Program-made: the position numbers and the translations under genes | Notes under the pieces: model-generated | Seen by the model: only the letters and a program-made list of their open reading frames with translations | What the model was told of the DNA's origin: nothing | Databases searched by the model: none | Shown here: one piece after another, positions 20,392 to 35,538 of the stretch | How the letters are laid out: every line of letters starts with the position of its first letter | Numbering within the stretch: position 1 is the first letter of the stretch | Assembly (NCBI GenBank): GCA_033442325.1 | Contig: JAWQFM010000013.1 | Coordinates: forward strand, 900,885-964,884 | Source: Salpingoeca rosetta | Lineage: Eukaryota > Protista > Choanoflagellata | Reading direction: 5' to 3' | Length of the DNA stretch: 64,000 nt

Positions 20392-22611
20392 ATGGGGTGC
20401 GGCACGTCCACGTTGCGGCTTGAGTTGGATGCGGCGCAGACGGAGCTGCATGACACGCGCGCCCAGCTCGCCGAGACCACGGAGCACCTCACTGGCACAC
20501 AGCAGACTCTCTCAGCTCGAGAGACAGAGCTTCAAAGCGTCAGAACCCAGCTGGAGGCCATCAACGGCTCGGTGTGTGTGTGTGTCTGTGTGTGTGTGTC
20601 TGTCTGTCTGTATGTCTGCGTGCGTGGATATGTGTGCCTGTGTGTGTGTGTGCGCATGTGCGTGCTGTATGTCTGTCTGTCTGTCTGTATGTCTGCGTGC
20701 GTGGATATGTGTGCCTGCCTGTGTGTGTGCGCATGTGCGTGCTGTATGTCTGTCTGTATGTATGTATGTCTGCGTGCGTGGATATGTGTGCCTGCCTGTG
20801 TGTGTGCATGTCATTCCGTATGTATCTCCAAGTGCACTGCAAGATAGCAAAGTCTGCACCGTACTTGTCGTTGTCGCACTCTGCTTCGTTCAAGCAGCAC
20901 TCACACGCACACGCACGCACTTCATCGGCTGGCGTTTCTTGCTTGTGCCTCGCTGCCTGTCTTCTACGCCCACACCAGAGCAAGGTCGGTTCAGGCACTT
21001 GCTGGCAAGAAGCTTGCCTGCAAGCAAGCCACTCAAACATCTGCTTCTGCTACGTGTGTGAATAAGTGTGTATGAGCTGCCCTTTCACGTCCAATCCTCT
21101 GCTTCACCGCGCGCACTGCACTCGTGCAACAACAGCAAGCCATCGCGGAACGGGATGCGGAGCTGCGCCGTGTCAAGGAAGCGCTCGACAAGTGCTCGCG
21201 TGACTTGCGCAGGTCTGTCCCCGAACCACACACAACATTGCAATATGCTCATGCGAGCATGCATTAGAGGCGTGATTGACATGATACCACGTTATGTTAT
21301 GTTACACCATGCTTTGCGGATATGGGTTTTGCCATCTCTCTATCTTTCCACTGCGACTGCTGCACTTGCCACACTTGCTGTGCTTGCTTGCCCAAAAGTT
21401 GACTTGCGTTCCATGTCATTTGCCCTTCCAAGTGCTCACAGCACCTGCTCTCGCCTCGCATGCGACCGTCAGGACGGTGGATGAGATGGCGCTGTTGCAG
21501 GAGGAGCTCAACAGCCGCCGCGACGCCTTGCATGACAAGGACGCCAAACTCAACGGTGCGGCATACACCAGTTGAATACAATCAAGTGCTCATGATACTG
21601 CAAGCTCGCCCTGTCATCCATCGTGTGTCAACCCAGCAACCCGTGCTTTCTCTTACATATCCAGCAGCCACTTGCATGCTCACTCGCACCCCTTCTGTTG
21701 CTTCCCCCTCCCCCTGGTCTCCCTAATCTTCTCATGCATCACCTTGTAGAAGCCAACTCCAACTTGAAGGTAGCCCAGGATGAGCTGTCAAAGTGGTACC
21801 GGAAGACGCTGCAGAAAGAAAAGGAGGTGCGATTGCGAGATGACATGCCAAGCGAGCATGCCTCTCCTGCATTAATGGCTGCAGGGACCGATAGGACTGC
21901 CTGCGCAGCCTAGCCAGCTGCATGTCTTGTCTGGTGGTCTGTTGCCTCACACGCTCCGTCTCCCTGAGCCTTCCATGTGCTTCTACCTCCTTTCATCCTC
22001 TTCTGCGCTTGCACATCTCATGCCTTCTTGCACGCTGACAGATGGAGACACTGCAGCAGCAGCACGATGGCTTGCAGCAGCAGTTTGACCAAATTGCAAA
22101 CCGAAAGCTCATGGTCTTGACGGAGCAGGGGCACGTGTTTGAGCTGGGCAGCGGAAGTGGCAGCAAACCAGGATCGCGACGGCACAGCACATCTCTGTCA
22201 TCATCGAACCTCAGGCGCGCCTCAGCGTCCAGTCGACGTGAGTCTTTTCTTCGCTGTGTGTGCGTGTGCGTGTCTGTCTGTGTTGTCTGTATGTCTGTGT
22301 TATCTGTGTGTCTGTTTGTTTGTGTCTGTTTGTGTGTGTCTGTGTGTTTGTGTGCGTCTGTGTTGTCTGTGTTTGTGTTGTGGCCGTGCTTGCATGCAGC
22401 TGTTTTCGGTCCCTAAGACACCCATCCTTCTCAATGCAGAACGCTCCACCAGGCCGTTCTTCCCAACACCTCCCACATGTTTACTTTGTGCCTCACCCCA
22501 TTTCCAACCTTCCAACAACCACTGTTCCTACTGTTCTGCCACGCCGTAGCGGCATCAAAGGCAAAGGCGGCTCGCAGCCTGAGCTCGGGCTCCATTGCCG
22601 TCGCTTCCTAG
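20392..22611 (+). CDS. Small coiled-coil protein with N-terminal MGCGTS dual-acylation motif
   Basis: Exons approx. 20392-20571, 21136-21212, 21472-21555, 21749-21826, 22042-22237, 22550-22611. Heptad-rich (LRLELDAAQTELHDTRAQLAET..., LLQEELNSRRDALHDKDAKLN) with an S/R-rich tail ending ..SGSIAVAS*. Confidence 0.72.
20597..20810. repeat. Intronic ~77-bp tandem repeat x~3 built from GT/GTCT units
   Basis: Anchor tatgtctgcgtgcgtggatatgtgtgcctg recurs at 20611, 20688 and 20765. Confidence 0.88.
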
Positions 22612-23103
22612 CCTTCCGACACACCATGACCTTATGAATGACCTCAACACCGGATATGCTCGTCAGCCACCCCGTCCGCAACCAATGCTGGAGGAGGAAC
22701 CGTCCCAAGATCCAAGCAACAAGCAATTGACCATTTCTTGACCTCTCACACAGCTCTCTCCCAAAGCCATGCTGTGTTGTGTTGCCTGCTTGTTCGCTTT
22801 GTGTTCGTTTTGCGACCCTATACCGTTACCAAGCAAGTCTTCTTGAACTCTGCTTTCACTTCCTTCATTTGCTCGCATGCTCTTTGTTTACATTCCTCGA
22901 CCTTGTCATGGTTGACAATCTGTCTGATACTACATGCATTGCAAATTCACAAACAAACATTGCAAAGACACAACCACAATCGTCAAGAAACACACGCACA
23001 CACCCGCGGCCAAGTTAACACACACACACACACACACACACACAGGCATTGCCTAATTTATGCGCAGACAAAAACACTCACATGCACACAGCCACAGCAG
23101 CCG

Positions 23104-25005
<1,902 letters not shown>

Positions 25006-25018
25006 GCCCTGCGAGGTG

Positions 25019-25052
<34 letters not shown>

Positions 25053-26608
25053 TGTGTGCTCGTGTGTGTGTGTGTGTGTGTGTGTGCGCGCTGCGAGACT
25101 CGTGGTGGAGATCCGGAGGCCGCCGCTGGCTGCTGGTCCCAACAGCATGAAATGGCTCAGAGGTGGATCGTGACGAACTCGCTAAAAGTGCATCACACCA
25201 CAGTGTTTGTGTCACGTTCCCAAGTAGATTCGATGCAATCTTGCACCTGACATTCCTTCGCTTCCCAACGCGCCTCGTTTGGCTTGCTTGTGCGTTGTTC
25301 GATGTGATCAGCGGAGCGGAAGACGCACAACACAACAACAAAACCCAGCCAGGCAACCAACCAACACACGACAGAGTGCAAGGTTGAGTGTGGCGAGTTG
25401 AAAGCCGAAGGTGCGTGTAGTGTGTAGTGTTGTGTGGTGGTGGTGGTGTTGTTTGGATGCGATCTTCATCATCTTGTGCTTCTTTTGCTTCTTCTTGCGA
25501 CTTGCGTTGTATTCCTTCTTTTTGTTCCTCCACGCTGCTTGTCGTGACCCGAGCCCGTTGTCAGTTTCTTCTTGCCCCTGGCTCACTTCTTGCTTGGCTT
25601 TGTGAGGCGGATCCCTTTCCCTCCGCCTGCTTTCCGCCCCAAGCATCAAGTGGTGTGGACCCAACCTTTGGTCATCTTTTTTTTTCCTCCTCCTGTCTCC
25701 TTTCCTTTCTCCTCGTTTCTCCTCGTATGCGCTCACCCACATACCCCACGCACACAATACGCAAACACACACACACACAACACGCGTATTCGGAACAGCG
25801 ATTCGTCCCCAATTCCTGCGGCGTCACCAACCATCAAAGAACAACCAACCTCTCAACGACGAACAACGCCATCAAGGTAAGAGAGAATGTGTGTGCGTGT
25901 GCGTGACAAGGCTGACAAGCGACAAAAGGGAAAGGGAAAGCAGTCGCCTGCAACACTGCTGCGCTATTACTCCTCGCCATCCAACCAACAACACCGCTCG
26001 CGCTCACTTAGGCTCACTCCACACACCAACACCACCTCTCTTTCGCTTCCCGTGTAGATTGCTCGGTGTTGGTTTGTGGTAGGGCTCGCTCATTGCTCCT
26101 CCCTGTCGTCGTCGCCGTCGTGGTAGTGTCGTGATTTTCATTCGCCTTTGTCCGCGCGTGCGTGCCGATACTGCACTCAATCAACGAAGCACACCACCAA
26201 ACTCCGATTCACGTGAGCGGTTGCCGACTGTCAACCAATTGTGCATGGGGTGGAGGGGATTGGGTGGGAGGTGCGGTTGTTGTCGTTGTCGTTTGTCGTT
26301 ATCGTCTTCCATGTGTGGCGTTGACAAACTGGTTGGGAAGATTGCGGTCGATGTGCGTTTGTGTGTGTGCGTATGCGTGTGTGTATGTGTGTGCGTGTGT
26401 GTGCCTGTGTGCCTGTGTGTGTGTGTGTGCGTGCGTGCGTGCGTGTGTGTGCGTGTGTGTGGGTGTGTTCAAAGCATCGAGTGCTCGTGATGATGTGCAT
26501 CCTTGTATGCCGCCGTACTCTATCTTTTCTCTGCTTGTGCTTGTTTGGCAACAAAAGCATCGACTGTGCCTCACACACGCACACACTCGCACACGCACAC
26601 GCACACAC

Positions 26609-26665
<57 letters not shown>

Positions 26666-26720
26666 TCTCTCCTCCACACCTGTCAACAGCAAGCACTCAG
26701 GACACAACAGCAACAAGAGC

Positions 26721-28248
26721 ATGGGATGCGGTCCAAGCAAGAGCGCGGCCATCCACCCGTCTGGGCCTGCACCCAAGAAGGCGGTGCCCACCCCAACACA
26801 GGTGCAGCCCAGCGCACATCGTAGCAAGGGTGAGTGGCTCATTAACCTCGTCGCAACCATCTGCGCCCCATCAAACAGCAAAACCAACAGCAGCAATGCC
26901 AGCAGCAGCAGCAGCCACAACTCTGTCGCACAAGGCGCAATACAACAGCCACAGCAGGAGCAGGCGAGCCGAGTAACGGTTGCGGAGCTGTCATCCGCGC
27001 TCCAACGGGCAGAGGTTGCCGCCGCCGTCAACTTTGTGTCGCCGCAAGGGACGAGCAGCCTTGGCGTGGCATGTGCTCATGGACATGCCGGGGTGGTGCA
27101 AGTACTGCTGCGGCACGGTGCGGATCCCAACGTGCTCTTGCACAACTCCAACACAGCCGCTCACGTGGCAGCGGCTAGCGGCAATGCAGGTGTGCTCTTC
27201 CTCCTTATCGAGGCCGGCGCACAGCTCGGCACGCGCAACAGCAGTGGCCACACGGTACAGCAGACGGCCCAACATGCGCTGGCAGAACTTCAGGGCATCC
27301 ACGTCGACGACAGCGCGCTGTGCAGCAAACACCAGCAGCAGTGGCAGGCCTGTCTACGAGACATCTTCCTGACAAACTGGGCAGTCGATGCGCGACACGC
27401 GCTTGAGCTGTGTGGCCGTGGATCCAACGCGTCATCCTCATCACCGTGCCCGTCTTCCTCCTTTGAATCCACGCACGACAGCCGCGCCGACGACCACCCG
27501 CTCCCACACCACCACCACCACCACCACCACCACCACCACAACGACAACAACAACACCTACAACAGCAGAAGCAACAACAACAACAGCAGCACCGCTCGTA
27601 CGGGCAACGACGATGATGACACAGATGCTCACACAACGACAACAACAGCGAACCCCACAGTAGCAGCAGAAACAACACGGGAGGAGGTTGCAGTACACAA
27701 AGACAGGGTCAGCGTGGACGCAACTGCGAGTCTGAGTTCGCGACAGGGGTCAGACCTGCACCCACGCGATAGCTTTGATGTCTCGGGGCAATCGTCCCAG
27801 GTGTCGTTGGGGGTGCCCCGTGCACAGGATCGACAGCAGAGCATGGAGGACCTGAGCAGCCAGTTTTCCGCAAGCGTTGCGCTGGGTGCAGGCCACGTCT
27901 CCTCCGACCACGCCGCCGCCACCACCGCCAGCACGTCTGACGCAGAACCACCACAACAACAACAACAGCAGCAGGCGGAACAGCGGCCCGGGTCGTCGTC
28001 GCGTGTATCGAGCTCGGTGCTGCGCCCACGGCAGATCCTCGTGTCCACGCCTGCATCGGCATCGTCGTCGTCAACAGCACGCGTGAATGCACCACACGCA
28101 CAGGCGGACTTGCTGGAGGACCTGTTTGCGCTCACCAACACGCTGCTTGGCGTGTGCCACAAGGAGATGTACATGAAACATGACAGCGGCTTTGTCACCG
28201 AGGACATGGGTAGTGAAGATGGCGACAACCACCACAACCACCACCACC

Positions 28249-28286
<38 letters not shown>

Positions 28287-28778
28287 CGCGGTGCAGCTAA
28301 CAACAACGGCGGCAGCGGCAGCAGGAACAACGGCAACAGTGCGGTGGGCACGAAGACACTGCAAGTGCCTGGGTCAAGTAGCACGGATGATGGCGTGCCC
28401 ACCTCTGCCGTGCGGCGCGCGCTGCGGGATGTGGTCTATTACAACCGCATGCTCATGGAGTTTGTGCCGTGGCGGCTCACCTCTGAGGAAGTGTCTGTGC
28501 TGGGGAGTGCGGACTGGGTGACTGTGCGTGCGATGGCCGCGTCCCACCACCTACGCCTGGTGCGAGCCGTGGCTTCGTGGTGCTGTGCATTGCATGACAT
28601 TCAGCAGCACTGTGGCGTTTGCGTTGCCTCGCCGTCTGGTGCAAAGCAGACAAAGACAGTCCGCGCGGCCGAGGCGACACCGTCCGCCGTCTCCGAGGCA
28701 GGAAGGCGGGTGTCCATTCTTGATTTGGAGCACACGTGGTGTGCCCTCATGTTGTATGATTCCCTCGTCTCGCACTAG
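26721..28778 (+). CDS. Ankyrin-repeat protein with MGCGPS acylation motif and long low-complexity region
   Basis: GTSSLGVACAHGHAGVVQVLLRHGADPN, NTAAHVAAASGNAGVLFLLIEAGAQLGTRNSSGHT; poly-H/N/Q tracts. The ORF is open to TAG 28776-28778; an in-frame intron from the GTGAGT at 26830 is possible. Confidence 0.8.
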
Positions 28779-29783
28779 CTGCGCAGACATGTCGTGATAT
28801 TGCCACGCGGTCCCCTTGATTCCATCAACCTGTTGCTTTGATCGTGCGTGGCTTAGCCCGCGTTTGTTGCCATGCTTTTCTTGTTTTTCCTTTCTGAATT
28901 GACATGGGCGTTTTTCCCTCGCAGCTCACTTCCGCTTCTGCTTCACCTTCCTGGCCACAATTGCTTTGCCCCTCCACACCTCTGCATGATATTGTTAATG
29001 TTAATGTGTCGCTTCGTTTTTTTTCACTACGCTTGTTCCTGCACGGAGTGATGTGACGTGATGTGACACCTCGCCTCTTGTGCTGGCCTTGTTGACGTGA
29101 GGGAGTGCTGGCTCGCCTGTGTTGCTGCGGCGTGTTGTTTCGTCGCGTGCGCTTCGGATCGTGGTGCGCAGTCTGAAGTGCAGCAGCCAACCATCATATC
29201 CATCGCTCACAGCACAACAGCACGCTCTCCCTCTCTCTCTCGCTTCTGCTTGTGTGTGTGTGTGGTTTTGTGTGCGATGCGACATCAAATGAAGATGTAA
29301 ACAATTTTCGCTCAACCCTGTGATTGGGCATATTTTCCATCGATTATCCACTGCGCATATCTACGACTCGCACGGCGTTGGCTTGTGGTGGATAGTGTGT
29401 CGTGCCTTTTTCTTCTCCACAGCATGTGAGTGCCTCAGCGTGGCGGATATGGCTGCGTGCTTGTGTCTGTATGCGCGTCTGTATCTGTGTCTCTGTGTAT
29501 GTGTATGCGTCTGTATCTGTGTCTCCGTGCCTGTGTATGCCTTTGTCCGTGTCTGTGTGTCTATGTGTGAGTGTGAGTACGGTGTGGTGTGTGCTGTTTG
29601 CACGCCACGGAAGAAAAACACTCGCCTTGTAAGCCGCATATCCACTCCCACACACATGTACAACCACACCCAACTTACTCACGAGCCTTGTCGTGCTCGC
29701 TTTGCTTTGCGGTAGACCTGCACCGCTTCGGTCGACCCTTGTCTCCCTTTGCTTCGCTTCGTCGCAACCAACAACCAGTCATC

Positions 29784-29832
29784 ATGGATGAGCAGCCCGA
29801 AAAGCTCGCCAGGGTACGTGCGCCTCGTGCGC

Positions 29833-29897
<65 letters not shown>

Positions 29898-30692
29898 CGT
29901 GAACGTCGTGCACAGATGTGGAGATGGGGGGGGGTGAGGGCAGCGGGGGAACGAGGGGCAGCGGGGGATCGGAGTGAGCTTGGGCCAGGGAAGAGGGGAG
30001 AGTGGTGGTGGTGCGCATGTGAGGCGGAGAGCGAGAGAGAGAGAAATAGAGAAAGAGAGATGGGATGTGTCATGTGTGGGCATGGGCCGGTGTGAGTGCG
30101 AGAGAGTGTGCATGTATGCTGTGGGTGTGCTAACCTGCGACTTTTTCTCGTGTGACTGTTGATGGCATCATCCCGCTGCCACTCTTGGTGTTTGTCCCCG
30201 TTGATGCACGTCAGAGAAGTACATCAACTCACCCACGTTATCCCAACTCACACGCACGCACAATCACTCACCCTCACGCACGCACACACGCACGCAAACA
30301 TACACGCACATTGTCCGATCACGCGCGACAAAACAGGTCACCAAGGTCCTCGGCCGCACTGGCTCCCAGGGTCAGGCCATTCAGGTTCGCGTGGAGTTCC
30401 TCGACGACACCAGCCGCAGCATCATCCGTAACGTCAAGGTGCGTGTGTGCGTGTGTGTGTATCTGATGTTTGTTGATGTTGTGTGTGTGTGGTTGCTGTT
30501 GTTTCCTTTGCTTTTATTTTTCCTTGCATCGCTTTTGTTCTCGCATCGACGCTCACATTCCCTTGCTACTTGCTGTCTGTATCGTTACTGCCATCTCGCA
30601 ATCACTCCTTATCGTCGTCCTCCCCCCTCCCCGGGCCTCTCGTCAATGTCAACGTCAACTTGTGTCAACCAAACAACCAACTGCCATGGTTG

Positions 30693-30766
<74 letters not shown>

Positions 30767-30835
30767 GGCCCCGTGCGCGCTGGCGATATCCTTGTTCTGC
30801 TCGAGTCTGAGCGCGAGGCACGCCGCATGAGATAA
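29784..30835 (+). CDS. RPS28: 40S ribosomal protein S28 (eS28)
   Basis: Exons 29784-29813, 30337-30438, 30767-30835: [10 protein letters not shown]|[34 protein letters not shown]|[22 protein letters not shown]. Confidence 0.99.
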
Positions 30836-31196
30836 GCGAGCCAGCCTGTGCTCGTGCGTGGGTGCGTGTTGCGTCCTCTGTGTGTTTGGTTTTCGCCCAC
30901 TGTCGCCCCGCTCGACTGTTGCTTGAGTAAGCGCGGATCTACCGACACACTTGCTCTTCTTGTTGTTCTTTTTTCTACTCGTGCAACAGTCGCTCGCACC
31001 AATGAAACGAAACCAAACCCACCATGCCCGAGACCATATCATGATTGTCAAATGAGAGAGAGAGTGTGTGTGTGTGTGTGTGTGTGGTGTGCCATGGATG
31101 TCGAGGACTTGTAGTCACAGTTGCGGCAGACGAACATCGCACCACTCCCCACGGACGCAATTCGATTCATTTGCTGCCCGCTCTCCGTTCCTTCCT

Positions 31197-31237
<41 letters not shown>

Positions 31238-31896
31238 ATCATGTCTGTGTGACACACGTCAGTTCATCAACTTTACTGCTGAGAGAGAGAAAAAAAGGGA
31301 GCGGGAAGGGAAACGAGGGCGAATGAGGACAAGAGTGGGCGTAACCGACGACAAGGTACACACAACACGGACAAGCTGACCGCTCCTCCCCGATCAAGCA
31401 AAGGAAACACACAAACACCATCATCATCATCACAAAGTGGGGAGGATGACGAGAAAAGAGAAGGGAGGGGCACAAGAACAACAACAAGAGCCGAATACAA
31501 GACACCAAAAGGAGGGCCATCCCTAACCCCAAAGACATGTACACGTGCACAAAGGCTGCAGTCGCACATGTCCACAAGGCACAAGGACAAAGCCTCGCAT
31601 CACCACGACATGCACGGACACAGAGCTACATGCTCAAGCGAAGTATGCGGAGGGGGCGGGGGAGACAAGGAACGAGAGAAAGTGTGGAAGCAAAGACCGC
31701 CAGTTGGCTTCAGCAAAACAAAAGCCAAAAAAGGAGTTTGCAAGGAAAGGAGGCACAGGTGGTATTGTTGTTGTTGTTGTTGTTGTTGGTGGTGGTGGTA
31801 TGGAGGAAGAAACAACAAACGCTAGGTAAACACACAAGACACACGTATTACGCACATCATAAATGATATGGCGACAGGCATGGGAGGGAAGGGCGT

Positions 31897-32784
<888 letters not shown>

Positions 32785-34055
32785 CTTGTGACTGTGGAAA
32801 GGGGAGGACAAGTAAGCAGCGCAAGACAAAAATAGAGAGGTCAAGGTTAGTGGTGGTGAACACGGATGCATGGACAACTGAGGCAAACAAGGAGATGGAG
32901 GAGACGCTTGCTGTTGTGGTTACTGCTCTTGTTGCTGCTGCAAGGAGTGTGGCGTCACATCGTGCACGATAGAGCGCTTAGTGCTGTCGATGGCACAACA
33001 CAGCTGTGGACACAAAACCACGACACAATCGCCACCAACAAGATACAACCCCCACACACAGCACGCACACTCAAAAAAAAGAAAGGATATCCTCAGCGTG
33101 GGGAGGAGGTAGTAGATGAATGAACACGGGACGAAACCAATTAGAGATGGACGACACAATGCGAGAGGGCGCGACAACTGGGGAAGCACAGAGGAGAAAG
33201 GCTACGACAACAACGACGCCATCAGCCGCACAGTAACCAGACACAACACTCTCGTTGTTTCGTGCTCCCCCACATCAAAAGTGCCAACGCAGCAACCATC
33301 TCATCTGCCACGCGGCACACGGGCATTCCACCAACACAGCACATGCCCAAGCTGTGCACCCAAGCCCTTCCAGCAACGCCGACAACCACACGACAGCAAG
33401 CATGCCCGCTTCTTCCTCTCTGTCCGCCACGTCCACCAAATCGACCACAGGTGCTTGTTTGTTGTTGCTGCTGCTGATGGTACTGCCTGCCTCGCCAGAG
33501 CTGCTGTGGTCTTCGTTCGAGCTGGCTCTCAGGTCTGGGTTCAAGAGCTCCCTCACGCATTTGAGACCACGTCCTCTCAACCCACTCTCTCGTCTCCCAC
33601 ACACGCACACGCGCGCGCGCACGCAGAGAGGCACATGGAGCAGGCAACGCACCTGCTTTGCTGACGCGAGGAGAAGGAGACAAGCGAGGGAAAGTGACCG
33701 TGGTGTGCTGTGTGGAGGCGTGACAGCGTGGAATGTCCAGCAAAGCACTTGCTCACTTTTCCCACAGCACACAGCAGCAAGAGAAGACAGGCGGGAACAA
33801 CACACACACAAGAGCACAAGCGCATAAGCAGAATTTTTTTTATTTTTTTTCTTGATGGGCTGTTTTGTTGGCACCGCCTTCTTTGCTGAGCTGGGCTCGC
33901 GCCAACACGCCCTGGCTCGCCCACAGTTTTATTTCTTTAGCCCGAGCACCAAAAGTCTGCCTCCATCCATTGCACCGATCCAAAATGCATGGATTCTCCT
34001 ATTTTAATTATGCGACAGCATAAACTAACAAAAGCGAGCGACACGACATATAAAG

Positions 34056-34168
<113 letters not shown>

Positions 34169-34377
34169 TGTGTGTGTGTGTGTGTGTCTGTGTGTGTGTC
34201 TGTCTGTGTGTCTGTGTGTCTGTGTGTGTGTGTGTCTGTGTGTCTGTGTGTGTGTGTGTCTGTGTCTGTGTCTGTGTGTCTGTGCGCGCGCGCGTTTGTG
34301 TATGCCACGCACACGTGTGATACATCATATCCCACTGCACGACGCTTTCCACGGCACCACGGCGCGTGTCAATGTCA

Positions 34378-35487
34378 TCAGAATGGCCCATCTGAGGGCG
34401 CTTTTGCTTCGTGTTGCTCCGGTGCGTGCTCGGGTTGTGCGTGTTGCAGCCATGCGTGTCCCAGCGCAAGCGCAGATGACGTGAAGAACGAAAACTTGAG
34501 CGCGTCCTTAAACGGGTCAATGCCAAGGACCTTGGCTGCAACCCAGCCACCGCCAACAACAGCCACAGATTGGCAATACCACGCGGAAGATGATGATGAT
34601 GGCTTCAAAGCAGAGGAAGCCTGCTGCCGCTGCTGCTGTGCCTGTGTCTGTTGTCGATGCAGCCCTTGTTGCTGTTGTTGTTGTTGTATGTTGGCACCAA
34701 GCACGGGGCTGGCCAGTTGTGGCGATGGCAGCTGTTCCCGCGCCACAGCATCTATCGCAAAGTCCAGTGCAGCCGTGTCCACTTGCGTGCTCACAGAGAC
34801 GCCACAGGGCCTTGGAACCGTCGCCTGTACCCCAGTGTCCACCATGGCTTTGTGTACGTTATCACTATCAACACTGATCACGCGCTCGGCTGATTCTGCT
34901 GCTGGTGCTGGTGGGGAAGTGGGTGCTATCACCGCCATCGTCGACGTGTTGCCACTTGTCCGGATGCCAGGTGAGCTCGCCATATCATCAGCCGTTGTCG
35001 CCATCACCGATGCTGCAGGAGATGCTAATGCTGGTGCCGACGTGTTGGCCCAGTCCGCCTCTGCATCGCCCACGTGCTTGCTGCTGTCGTCAGCACCACG
35101 GCCCTCACGCCAAACAGCGGCCGAAGCATGACAAGGAAGACGAGGAAGGGGAGAAGGAGGAGGAAGAGAAGAAGAAGCACAAGGGGTACGAGGGCACGGC
35201 TGCATCGTCGTCGCATGTGCTGCCGCCTGGCATGTCGTTTCCTTGGTGCCATTCTTGTCGAGGTTGGCACCAGCAAAACCATCATCGTCATCGCTGGCAT
35301 CGCCGCCGTCACATTCATTCCTGTCGTCATCACCACCATCATCAGCACCACCACCATCGGCATTGCCAACGTCGGGCGTGCTGCCCCTGCTTCCCGCATC
35401 GCTGCCGCCAACACGGGAATCGGGAGCACAGTCAGCGACCACAGCAGTATGGTGGTCACCGCTGCCAGCAACAGCAACAACAACAAC

Positions 35488-35538
<51 letters not shown>

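Noticed and set aside
29814-30766. Intronic snoRNA in RPS28
   Set aside because: No convincing box C/D pair with terminal stem or H/ACA structure by eye; an Infernal search would settle it.
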